64,000 nt of DNA from Podarcis tiliguerta (taxonomy: Eukaryota). The stretch lies in the NCBI GenBank assembly GCA_965153285.1, contig OZ229117.1. One strand, 5' to 3'. The translations under genes and the position numbers were made by a program. The notes below the pieces were generated by a model. That model had not been told where the DNA came from. It was given only the letters and a program-made list of their open reading frames with translations, and made no database searches. Positions 1-12,155 of this stretch are shown piece after piece (within the stretch, counting starts at the first letter, position 1; each line of letters begins with the position of its first letter).

Positions 1-147
1 ATGTGTGCTTTTATTTTAAATGCATATCTGGGTTATTTGTGGGGCACAGGAATTGGTTCACCCCCCCCCAAAAAAAAATAGTCCGGCCCCCCACAAGGTC
101 TGAGGGACAGTGGACCGGCCCCCTGCTAAAAAAATTGCTGACCCCTG
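1..147. mobile_element. Right end of a non-autonomous hAT (Charlie-like) DNA transposon, cut by the window start
   Basis: Closely matches the right half of the full copy at 36730-37049 (AATGCAT..TGGGTTATTTG..AGTCCGGC..CACAAGGTCTGAGGGACAGTGGACC) and ends in the TIR TTGCTGACCCCTG. Confidence 0.8.
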
Positions 148-2543
148 GGCTAGGTGAATGAACAAAGGCAGATGATAAGCCTGACAGGAGAGAATAGCCT
201 CACAGATATGGAACTAGGCAGAGAAAAGGCAGAGCAAAAATAGCCTGTCCCAGCCAATCGGGAGGCAAAGCTGAATTTGTAAAAAGGCAGAACCACATAT
301 CATTTCGCTCAGTTTTGCTGTACTGCAGTACACCTTATAGTTCAATTCTAAAAGGCCTTTCCCACTCAGATACACATCTGATGCTATTACTGTTTTCCCC
401 CTGACAGAGACCCTAACCCTTCCCATCATAAGTGGTGTAAGCTGCTCCTTAGCTCAGAATTCCCAAGGTGTAACCTTTACGGTACCTCAAACTGCCACCA
501 ATTCTCCAGACACAGTGAGGTAAATTTGAGTTAATTCTCTCCCTCATAGCATCATTGGAGTGGAGCATTTCTCCTTCACTAATGATGTAGGCCCTTTTGA
601 GCTGTCTCTCTCCATTTCATAGGTAAAGAAGGTGAAATGCCAAAAGAGACAAAGAAGATGGTAAAAAAGTTGAAGCAAGCACATGACAAGGCTAGGAACC
701 AGATTCTGCATTGCGTTTACTGTAACCACAATATTCCTTCCTTTGAAGGATGTAAATTGAGCATCTCCCAAAGTCTGCATTCACTCAGTCAGGTCCATCT
801 GTCTAATTCCAGCATGTTAAAGTGAGAGTGCGGAAGTCTCTTCAGTTTATTTTTATCCCTATCGATTTCAGGCTTCTAATGTTAAGTGTTCCACAGAGGA
901 GGAATTTTCTGCAGTTGCAGAGTTGGTAAGATTAAAAATTTAACAGTCGCAGTCAAACTTCAGAGGCAGAGTTTTTGTGTGGAGGGGAGGATGACTGTGG
1001 GCTCACTCTGACAGCCCGGTAGCATCTCAGTAGTATTAATGAAAGCATTGGTGTTCTAATTATATACTCACTTTGTAGGAATATGCAGAAAACAGCCCTT
1101 CAGCATCTATTAACCTTCTACTTCAGTTTGTTAGTATTTTGTAGATCTTGGGTAGAAGGGTCTGTCTGGGATTTGTTGGATTTCTTCTGTTACACAAGTA
1201 TCACCAAGGAAATCTTACCTTCCTTGAAAAAGTTACATAGGTGAAGAAAATGCTTGCTGCTTGTTTCACTCTCGTGGCTCCTATTACTGGTATTTTTCCC
1301 TGATCCAGGCACTGGCAACTTGACCGCAGCACAGACACACATGCAGAAAATATATGAGCTGGAAGACTGTAGCTCACTTGCATTTCAATATACAGACAGT
1401 CTTGCGTACTCTGCATGAATGATCATTCTCCCCTGAAAATCTTGAAAGTTGTTGAAAAAAACTTACATTGCTCTGCTTCTGCTGAATGGCTCCCCTTTTG
1501 TCTTTCTTGTCCTGATAGGTGGCACATAGACAGAGGCTTCGGTGAGCCGTGTAACGATTTGCATTGAATCAGGTGTCTTTGGTTAATTGCCCAGTATACT
1601 TGTTTTGTAATTGTCCCAAACTAAATCTTCTCTCCAGTGAATTCATATTCCAGTTTGGGTTTAGAGTCAATAGGAATTCTTTGGAATATATATTATTCTA
1701 GAACATGCTTATTTCCTCCAGTAAGTGTGGGTGCTCACCCATAGCCCTGGAGGCATGTTCCTTCCTAAATATTTTCTACGTGGTTCAGAGTCCCCTGCAA
1801 TCTGTCGCATTAGAGGATATGAAGGGGTCTATTTGGAAATAATTTCAAAGAAATTATCCACCATGATCTGGATGCCACAGTTAATGCAGATCAGCCAAGG
1901 GATCTGCTCGGGAAACCATCTGGTTCAATTTTGTTGGGTGATTTTAATTTATTAAGGAACAAGATTCTTGGCTGAATCCAGCCAACCACCTGTCTTCTCA
2001 GTCACTGCCCATCTTGGCTTATTGCATCTAGCAAGGAACATCTAGCAGGGAGGGAGGATTGGCTGAAACCAGGAAATAACTGTTATAGAGACAAAGAGAA
2101 AGAAATTCCAGCTACCTTTAAAGGAGGCTGTAGTAAAGTGCTCCCAAAGAAACCTACCTTGGACTCAAAAGCTGAGAATAGCTGTTGGCTAACATTCCAT
2201 TATTGGGTGAGGTGCTTAAGAGGGTAGGTTGTAGCCAGTTCCAAGGACAAAATGTATGAAACCAATTTTCTCACTCCATTTCAGTAGGGTTTCAGATACG
2301 GTTTTGTAATGGAAACTCTTGTTTGCTCTGTGGTATTACTTTTGACAGGAGACAGAGAAGGAGGAGCATAATTCTCCTAGACCTCTGAACAGCTTTAAGT
2401 ACCATTGACCATGATATCCTTCTAGAGATACTGTCAGAGTGAGTTGTTGCACGATCCAGTCATACCTGAACAGCTTATTCCAGAAGGTGGTGCTTAGAGG
2501 GCTTCTGCTGCATTCCATAGCATTTATGCTTTGGGGTCCTTAG

Positions 2544-2689
2544 CAGTGGCGTAGCGTGGGTTGTCAGCACCCGGGGCAAGGCAAGTAATTTGCGCCCCCT
2601 AACCCGTGGATTTGCGCCCCCTAATCCTAACCCCCAGATGTTGCGCCCGGTGCGGCCGGCCCCCCCGTGCCCCCCACGCTACGCCACTG
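2544..2689. mobile_element. 146-bp hAT-superfamily MITE
   Basis: Perfect 17-bp TIRs CAGTGGCGTAGCGTGGG/CCCACGCTACGCCACTG; perfect 8-bp TSD GTCCTTAG at 2536-2543 and 2690-2697. Confidence 0.92.
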
Positions 2690-2978
2690 GTCCTTAGGGT
2701 TTCATGTTATTCCCCATGCTTTGTGCTAGTTTTGACCTTTAAGGCTCTTCATAGTTTGGGACTAGGGTACCTGAAGGGTACCTGAAGGACTTTCTGTCTC
2801 CACATTCACTACCTGGACTTTAAGCTCTTCTTCAGAGGGTTTCCTCTGAAGACTACCATAGAATGAGGGGGATTTTCCAGTGGTGACATTGTGGCTGTGG
2901 AACACCCTCCCCAGAGATAGTAATCTAGCACCTATCTTTCAGCACCAGGCAAAGACCTCCCCCCGTCACCGCCTTTTA

Positions 2979-3201
2979 CAGTGGTACCTCGGGTTAAGTA
3001 CTTAATTCGTTCCGGAGGTCCGTTCTTAACCTGAAACTGTTCTTAACCTGAAGCACCACTTTAGCTAATGGGGCCTCCTGCTGCTGTCGCGCCGCCAGAT
3101 CACGATTTCTGTTCTCATCCTGAAGCAAAGTTCTTAACCTGAAGCACCATTTCTGGGTTAGTGTATGTAACCTGAAGCGTATGTAACCCGAGGTACCACT
3201 G
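2979..3201. mobile_element. 223-bp Tc1/mariner (Tigger/pogo-like) MITE
   Basis: TIRs CAGTGGTACCTCGGGTTA/TAACCCGAGGTACCACTG flanked by TA on both sides; internal TAACCTGAA repeats. Confidence 0.9.
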
Positions 3202-4419
3202 TAATCTGGTTTAGTTTTAAGCCATTTTCACTCTCTGCAGTAATGCCTGGGGTTGACTGTGTTTATAATTTTATTGGGTTTATGGTTGTGGAATTTTAAA
3301 CATTCTTACTATTTGTGAGCTGTCCTAAGAACTTTTCTTTTATAGAATGGCCTATAAATACTGCAAAAAAATAATAGAAAGTTATGGTTGTGGTTGTGTG
3401 GTGGTAAAGGAAATACTCTTCACACATTCTTCTAGGCCACATTTTCCAGGGTTTAGTCCTTGCTCTGGAAGAAGGTACTGAATCCCCAGTAAACTGTGGC
3501 TTAAAGAAGCTGTATGTTATTTTGGCCTCCATAAACTGTTTATGCCAGGGTGGTCTTGTTAGCTTCTGTTGAAATGTATGTCTACAGGCTGGTCATTAAA
3601 TTGCCTGCAGAGTGCAGGATGAATTGGAGAAAGAGTTTTTTCTGATACAGGACAGCAATATGTTTCTTTAAAAAACAACAACAAAAAACATAAAACATCA
3701 AAGGAAACATCCCAGGGAATGTACCTGCCTTCCCCTTTTGTTGTTGCAGTCCTGTATATGCAAAAATAAAGTAAAAAGTAATAAAAGGAGCAGCTGACTG
3801 TTGCCATACTTAATAACAGGAATCTTTCCCCATGTTTAGTACTAGCTAAATGACCACAAAGAATAGAAGAAAATGACCAATAAAGGGGTTGTTACTAATG
3901 CACTCTAGGGATTGGTGCAAGAAGCAACATTTGGTATGTACAATATAAAAATGGGTCAGGAAAGGGCTGCGTGGTGGGGAGGCAAAACTTTGCTGACTAA
4001 CAGATTTTAGAGCTTTCGAGGCTTAAGGACGTGACAGAATTGGGTAATGGCAGAGAAACAGGGACAGAGGATGCAGGAGGTGTTGGAGAGAACAGTATGC
4101 ACCCATTGTTCTTGCTTTGTTTTGATCAAGTGGCAGCCCAGGGAAACATCCAAGTGTGTTTAGCGGGGTTAGATCAAGGAGGCCACATAAATGATGGCTG
4201 CTTTGACAGAAGATATTCCCCTCTCCCCTTCCAGTAGGAAAAGGGCCCCAGAGAGAGCACGTAACAATCTTATTTTTTTATATAGAAATGGTGTATATAC
4301 CCTGCTTCAGCAATCTCTCAAAGCAGCTTACAAAAAGCAAGATAAAATACATAAGCTAGCACACAAGTAACATTAACTGGAGACATAGAAAGTAGACCCA
4401 GAAAAAGTACTACTTCGTA

Positions 4420-4745
4420 CAGCCCCTTGTTTATGGAATCCATTGCAACTAGATGTGGTGGCAGCCAGCGTCACAGGTGGCTTTAAAGGAAGTCTAGACA
4501 AATTTTTATTGAGGATGATGGGGATTTTTTTATCAATGGCTATTTGTTAGGATTGCTATGTGGAACCTCCATTTTCAGAGACAGTCTACCATTTAATTCC
4601 ACTTGCTGAGGGACAGCAGTGGAAGAGCTGTTGCCTTGTGCCCTTACTACTTGAATCTTGTAGACATATATCTGGTTGACCACAGTTATAAACAGGATGC
4701 TGGACTAGAGGGTATGATCCAGCAGGGCCTTTCTTACATTCAGTA
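4420..4745 (+). mobile_element. CR1-type LINE 3' fragment
   Basis: TGGAAT..GATGTGGTGGCAGCC..GGCTTTAAAGG..TAGACAAATT..ATCAATGGCTA..ACAGGATGCTGGACTAGA..GATCCAGCAGGGC; related pieces at ~41190-41700, ~44720-44900 (-), ~54380-54540 (-), ~57700-57815. Confidence 0.65.
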
Positions 4746-7700
4746 CAAGAAGCAGTGTACCTACAAAATGGCAGCGAATATCAGCAGCCTTCCCCATCAT
4801 CACCCCAAAGCATTTATGAAGTTGGCAAAAATGAAAGTGCTGAAGGGAGGGCTTTTTACTTTTGTTCCTAATTTTTAATGGAACCACCCCTGGTGGTGGC
4901 TGAGGTACTGGAAATTTGAGGCAAGTAATTGCAAAGTACAGGCTACTTCCCAACACAAAAGTAATAAAGCCCTTCTCAGGCCCTGTAAGAAGGAATCCAG
5001 CAGGTTTCCGTTCCTGTCCTCAGCCAGCTATGATGGGCTGGTAAGTGGAGCACAAGATTTCCACATCTCTTTTAAGTTATTTGATCTCTAATATATTCAA
5101 GTGTTGACTTTTTGGTGTCTGAATTGTTGTAACAACCATTCCTCTTTGGGGCATGAATGAAAAACTTTTCCTCTATAGAAAGTAATTCACATTTTCAGCC
5201 CCTGAGATCTTGAACCATTTTTGTATCAGGAACAGAGTCTGTCCCCCCGCCCCATGCTTAGTTCACGAGTCCATCTCCACTGAGTCTGAATTATGTTTAT
5301 ATTTTTTGCAGTGTCACCCTTGTGAGATGAAGGTTCTTTTTTCTTTGTTTTTTTAATAACAGAACTGATGCTATGATTCATGCTTATGAAAAGGCTGTGG
5401 TCAGTTTAAACTGGTCCTGGTAGCCCAGACTTCATTTCCTCAGTCAACATACACCTCTGAATATGGCCACAGCCTAGTTAGGAACAGAGTGCTTGGAGGT
5501 GGCCTGGTGGGGAATGGTGTTCAAACAAACTCCAGCTATCCTTTCTTTGGCAAAATAGGCACCCAGGGAGTGTAAAGAGATGTGACAGGTAGCATCTGGA
5601 ATCTCTGCTTCTTAAGTGACATTTTTTGAGGGGAGAACTAGATGTTAAACAATAGAGGAAAGCGTTAATTTGAGATGGTGCAATAGAACCGAGTAAAGCC
5701 TGAGGTTGGCTGCCTTGAGAGCAAGCATTTTGCTTCCAAGGCATTGCATTGCCAATACTCTGGGTTCAGGAGTTCACATTTATCTCTTGACTTCATTTTA
5801 GTCAGGCTATTGAAGACCATCTGTCCACTCACTAGGTATGGTTTATCCCACTGAGGCTTTTGTTTTCAGAGAGAAGATGTCAACCAAAAACTTGAGCTAT
5901 TTAAGCAGTGTTGTGTTTGGTATGTTGCTGGCTCAACTGTGACTTCGCTGATAAGGCATCCAGACACAAGCACAACTATGCAGTGCCCTGGTTTATTTGG
6001 TGCCCTAGTTCACTTTAGCCACTGAAATGAGGCAGCACTCCACCAAGACAGGTTTTGTCACAAGCAGCATTTTTATAAGACATTGAGGGGGGAGCACAAA
6101 GTCAGAATAGCCCATGCTATTCCAGAATCAGAGCAGCATGCTCTTTCCCAGCACGAGATCTTTTTGCTGTATCTGTAGTTACATTGTACACTGTGGATAA
6201 ATATTTGTCAGTTAGGATATGTTGTTGTGGAAAGGACTGAACCAATGAAGAGGGGAAGAAAAAAAAGAGGCTGTACGTTTCTTTTTCTAATAAATTTTAT
6301 TTTATTTTACTTTTTCCATTTTGTGTCCTTTTATGCCACTGATTTCATTGTTGGCTCTACTGCATCAGGATGAAAGAGCATTGGTCAAAGATTTATTGTT
6401 GAAGCAATATAAATTCTCTGTTTAACCAGGCTGTGGAACATAATTTCTTTTCTTTTCTTTGTACAGTTGTTAAGCAACATATGCTACAGTTCAAACTGGT
6501 GTGTGGTGTGTGTGTCTTTTCATTTGTTTTTGCCTGGGGAACACATAGTTGTAGTTCCCTTCTTGGAACAATCTAGATGGTGTTTGTTTTGGAGGAATCA
6601 CATGGTCCTAGCATTCAAACTGCAACATTGAGAGGGGAGGGAACTCTAGGGTGGGGAGGGTGGAAAGACAGGTGTTTGGGGAGGGTGTGGAAAGAGAAAA
6701 ATAGGAGGTGACAGATTGGGGTCCAGAGGTCTTTACTAGTAAAAGAGAAAAGAGCTACTAAGGAATGCAGATAATAAAATGGACTAATAGAGATGGGGTG
6801 CAATGAGAACTGTGGAGTATTGAAAAGCGGGGGTGCCAGTTAACAGATGGGGAAGAGAGAGAGAATGCTATAGGATGCAGAGGGGAAAGGAGACACTAAG
6901 AAGCAAACAATTAAAATGTGATAAAAATGTTTTTCTATTAGCTGTGCAGCCCTCTTGAAATAATGAAAAGGATCCTCAGTGATTTGTGTAGCCATATTAT
7001 AACAGGTCAAATAAGCACATCAAGGTTTTGATTGGATTTGGTTGCATATATATCCTTCTCAGTGTTGCTGTGCATGGGATGTCTAAGTTGTCTCCTATCA
7101 GGCACTGACCAGTTTGAGGCCTGCTTACCTTGTAAAGGTTAAAAGTATCGTTTGTGATCTGCCTAGTCACTGGTTGGAAGCAATTTAGAAAAGGAAAGAG
7201 GAAGTCTTATGCTATCTGTTCTGTGGAGATTTTAGGAGATTGGCTATTATACTCAAGGATTCCAGTTGTTTAAAGCGCTTGCTAATTCTGGACAGAGGCT
7301 GTGAGAGATAACAGTCTAGGGGATTTCCTGTCCTCTGGAACAAGATACTTTCAGCCCATCTACAGCAGTGTCCCTAGATTTATTTTCATTCTATGAAAAT
7401 CCTAATTATCTGCTGCCAATTGATAACGGAGTCATCAGGTGTGATCTGCTTTAAGAAGCAAGGAAACTTGCTTAGTTGAAAATTATATTTCCCCTCAATC
7501 TTAGGGCTCAGTTTTGAAGATAGCAATGTTTTCTGATATCAGCATAATCAATTAAATAATTGCATTTCTATTTATCTATTTATCCTGTGCAAGAGTGTTG
7601 TATTTTTGTGTTCCAGTATTTAGTTTCTTGATTTCAAAGGAAGGAGTGCTCACTTAAAGTTGAGTGTGTGTTTGTGCATTTAATTTGGGTCTTTCAGGAG

Positions 7701-8180
7701 CCATGAGATGCTTGCCTGTTTTTTCTCTGGATGCCTAAATATATTTCTTTACAGTGAGCAACTGCTTGGGCTGGACTAAAACTTCTGGTAAAGAAGTTGC
7801 TTTAGATAATGCTTATGTTATTCACATTGTAAGCCACACAAAACTAGTTGGCACAGATGTGTCCAGTATAAGTTCAATGCAGCATTTGATGTGGTTATAC
7901 CACCTTTTTCTATTGAGTCCTCAATCATCGTATGTGTTAAAACTGAACTGGGACATGCTCTACTGTCTACTCCCTATTCATTGATGCTTCTCTAACATAT
8001 TCTGGCATTACTAAAGCATATTTAGGCTTGTCAGGACTAGGTTTTTATTCTACCGAGCACAGAAAAAGTAATAGGAGTGAAACCTCCATGGAAAACAGAA
8101 GTGTTTACTAGTAAGCCATGTGATGTGCATGGCAGTGGTTGTTCCACTTTTCTCATAGTGTAAGCAAGTATGATTTTGTT

Positions 8181-8492
8181 TTTGTTTTTTTAATATAATT
8201 TTTATTCAATTTACCAATAAGACAAATTAATACAATTCAAACAATTTATAAAACCATTCTCTCATTTTTTGACTTCCCTCAACTTGGCTGGTACTCCTTC
8301 CCTTCTCAATTTTCCACACATTTCTTAGTTCTTATCTACTTAAATTAAATCTACTTTCAGTCCATAATTTTAACTTTCTTTTTTACAAAGCTTCGCTAAA
8401 CGTTACAAGCGTTATTTGTTTTTCACTTAAATTATGCATATATTCTGAGAATTTTCCCCATTCTTCAATAAATCTCTGATCTCGTCGATTCC
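8181..8492 (-). mobile_element. 5'-truncated L1 LINE with 20-bp target-site duplication
   Basis: TAAGCAAGTATGATTTTGTT repeated at 8161-8180 and 8493-8512; T-rich tail on the left; minus strand reads RNRRDQRFIEEWGKFSEYMHNLSEKQITLVTFSEAL*, like an L1 ORF2 C-terminus. Confidence 0.8.
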
Positions 8493-9188
8493 TAAGCAAG
8501 TATGATTTTGTTGACATACCTTCTTATTTGGACAGTGTACAATATAAACTTTTTTATTTTCTACATATACCTTTGATTACATATTTATTGATCCTGAAAC
8601 TTTAATTGCATAGAAATACTTGTGTCATGCCTCCTGTAACAAGTTAGCACTTGAATAAGAGAGTATTGAAATGGCCACATTAATTTTAGCTGCTTAAAAT
8701 GACCGCATTAATTTTGGGGAAGGTGGAGTGGGAGCTATGGAGAAGATAACTCTTCTGGCAAGGAGGAAATTAGAATGCTCCTGAAGAGGGGGGGAAAATC
8801 ACATTCATTGAAATTTGCACACTCGAAGCTGAGGAGAATGGGGGAAGGAGGAGACTTAAAGGAGGGAATGGAATAGCAAATCACTTTGTCAGGTCCTGCC
8901 TTGGGGCTCGGGGAGAATGGTGTTCATGCTAGGCCACTCATTCAGACTTGAAGGCTGCTGCTGCTTATGCCATAGGTCTGTTTGTTGTACTAAAAATAAA
9001 GCTTCCCATTAAGCCATCACAAGCTTTCTGAAATATAAATATGGGCCTTATGAACAACTATGTAGCCCACAGTGACCTCTCAAAATCTGAGTGCTCCAGA
9101 TGGAAACAGTTGGTAGATGTTCAGTGAAGTAAACCCTTTCCCTCAGAATTTGTGAGTGGCAGCACTTACCCATTGCTATTGCAGTGCA

Positions 9189-9191
<3 letters not shown>

Positions 9192-9225
<34 letters not shown>
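9192..9225. repeat. (TG)n microsatellite
   Basis: Direct inspection. Confidence 0.95.
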
Positions 9226-9226
<1 letters not shown>

Positions 9227-9459
9227 GATTTGTCTTGTTATAATGCTGTAAGTCTGTATGTGGAATGGCAGATTTAGTTATACTGTATTCTGATTTTTTT
9301 ATCTCAAGTGGTTGATCTGGCAAACTCTTCAGACTCTACCAGAATGTTAGCTCCATCCGATACAGTACCATGAGATTAACACTCCCCTTTAAAAGGAATG
9401 ATTGGGGGGGGGGGGGCTGTCTTTGAAAAGCCAGGCAGAGCAGGGCCTACTTTTGGAAG

Positions 9460-10027
9460 TAGGAATACCACCACAAGACTGAGGGAGTTTACAGTACCAC
9501 TCTGTTCTGCCTTGATCAGACCACACCTGGAATACCGCGTCCAGTTCTGGGCACCACAATTTAAGAAAGATGTTGACAAGCTGGAATGTGTGCAGAGGAG
9601 GGTGATGATCATGGGTCTGGAAACAAAGCTTTATGAGGAATGGTTGAAGGAGCTGGGTATATTTAGCCTGGAAAAGAGGAGATATGATAGCCATCTTCAA
9701 ATATCTGAAGGACTATCACATGGAAAATGAAGCAAGCTTGTTACCTCCTGTTCTGGGGGCGGGGGACTCAAACCAATGGCTTCAAGTTGCAAGAAAGGAG
9801 ATTCCAACTAAACATCAGAAATAACTTTCTGATAGTAACAGCTATTTGTCATTGGAACACTCGCCCTCAGGAGGTTGTGGAGTCTCCTTCATTAGAGGTT
9901 TTTAAGCAGAGGTTAGATGGCCATCTGTAATGGATGCATTAGCTGAGATTTCTGCGCTGCAGGAGGTTTGACTAGATGACCCTTGGGATCTCTTCCAGCT
10001 CTACAATTCTATGTTTCTATGATTCTT
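9460..10027 (+). mobile_element. CR1 LINE 3' end (frameshifted RT C-terminus plus tail)
   Basis: ORFs 9398-9730 and 9727-9930 give [70 protein letters not shown]; ends in ATTCTATG-type tail repeats. Confidence 0.9.
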
Positions 10028-10699
10028 AAGGTTTGGGGTAGCACAACCTGTTTTAGCTTGTTAATGGGCTGCCTCAGAAAGTGTGTACACTTCTACACAA
10101 TTATGAAAAAAGTGTGCCTGCTTAAGCACATATCTGTTCACTCATTCCAGTGTATTTACCCCAAGTAGCTGATGAGTGGCCCCATTATTTCCAGTCCACA
10201 CTCAGCCACTGTATCTTTTTCTTTCAACTAGTTATTTGGGAAGGTGTTCATCAGCTGCTGAAGTTTGCTAAAGGTGCTGATCGTATTCATACAGCAGCTC
10301 TGACTCTTCCCCAGCAATTTTCTTGTTCTGCTTTACTAAGCAAACCAATTGCCAGGTCCTTGCTTTTCCTATCAGGAAACCCCTTGCTTCTGTTTCTACA
10401 AAATCCTAAACAGAGATAGGTGTAAAATAATTGTGGGCAGGGGCAAATTGCAAGGGTCTAATTAAGAAGTCTAAACCTATCCTCCACCATGTATTGAGTT
10501 TGACAGATGTTACATCTTGTGTGTTAATGAGCATATCACGCCCATTTTACAGCAGCTACACTTGTTTTCAGTTTGTTTCTGGGCATGATTCAGGGGGCTG
10601 GTGACTATGCTTGAAGCCTGAGTCCAGGTAACCCAAAGAGCAACCTCTTTGTGTACCATCCTGCTGCTCCCTTCTTCTTTTCATCCCAACTATGGCTGA

Positions 10700-11020
10700 A
10701 GCAAGATGTGAAATGTGTGAGAGAGCCTTCTCCCTGGCTATACCTAAATTATGTTACTCTTTTCTATGGGAGGCCCAGTCGACCTTGGTACTGCCTGTCT
10801 CCTGGCATCTTGCTAAGATGCTTTTATTTAGACAGGCTTTTAAATCTGCTTGTTTAGAAATTTGTAATGCTAACCCTGACCCTGCTGTTTTTAATATTTA
10901 CTACTTGTCACAATTGTCTCTTTTCATTGATATTTATTAAGATGTGGTATGTTTTGTTTTCAAATTTGTAAGCCACCTTGCGTACTGTTTTTAACAGGGA
11001 TATAAATTTTCTAAAATAAA
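10700..11020 (+). mobile_element. L2-like LINE 3' tail fragment (approximate)
   Basis: AGAGCCTTCTCC..TTATTTAGACAGGCTTTT..GTAAGCCACCTTG..GGGATATAAAT..AAATAAA. Confidence 0.55.
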
Positions 11021-11115
11021 AACAATGAACCCTAGGGCTTACTTTGCAGGAAGTTAGACAAAGGCATCTTCAGTATCTTGACACTGTCAGGAGCAAAGGT
11101 TTGAAAGGGAAGCTT

Positions 11116-11175
11116 TCAAATATCAAATATTAAATATCAAATATCAAATATTTCAAATAGCAAATAGCAAATATC
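11116..11175. repeat. Heptamer minisatellite (CAAATAT/CAAATAG) about 8 units
   Basis: TCAAATATCAAATATTAAATATCAAATATCAAATATTTCAAATAGCAAATAGCAAATATC. Confidence 0.85.
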
Positions 11176-11189
11176 TTCAGAACGAATGA

Positions 11190-11423
<234 letters not shown>

Positions 11424-11810
11424 TAAAGTAGAATTAGGCCCTTATGGTTCTCCCTCAAAGTCTGCAGTTGCTGTCTTAGTGGGGATCTCAGAAACATCCA
11501 GTTAGGTGTTCAGCATACAAGGCTTGGAGAACTCCCCCCCCCCCCCTGTTTGCAGCTAGTGAATCGACTTCACTTCTTCCCTTAGATCTCAGGCCCCTTC
11601 ATTCCTGAGAGGAACCACAGCTGCTTTCTACAGTATTTGCTTAATCACAGTCTTCCATTAATGTCTCCATTGTGCCTGCAGAGGCATTCCTCTGCTTGGA
11701 AAGATTAACTCTCCCATCCCCCAATCCCCCAGCCATTTCCTCTGCTTCAAGGCAAGAGTGTAACTATATGGCAACAGCTCCCTCTAAAGGCTTTGGGGTT
11801 TTGGCTTTGA

Positions 11811-12155
<345 letters not shown>

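Larger units (their letters stand above)
2420..3365 (+). mobile_element. Degenerate L2-like LINE fragment interrupted by two MITEs (boundaries approximate)
   Basis: GGGGTCCT..AGGGTTTCATGTTATTCCCCATGCT resembles the RT GVPQGS-LSPML region; ACCTTTAAGGCTCTTCATAGTTTGGGA..GGGTACCTGAAGG and TGGAACACCCTCCCCAGAG resemble the L2 ORF2 end and 3' tail. Confidence 0.55.

Noticed and set aside
637-825. ORF starting MPK.. as the ANKRD11 start exon
   Set aside because: The rest does not resemble the ANKRD11 N-terminus and it ends in a stop; the true first exons appear to lie upstream of the window.
5312-5332. 21-nt microexon candidate (ttttttgcag|..|gttctt)
   Set aside because: Weak donor and an in-frame TGA in phase 1; too little support to report separately.
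9376-9930. Overlapping ORFs as a host gene
   Set aside because: Frameshifted CR1 reverse-transcriptase C-terminus.
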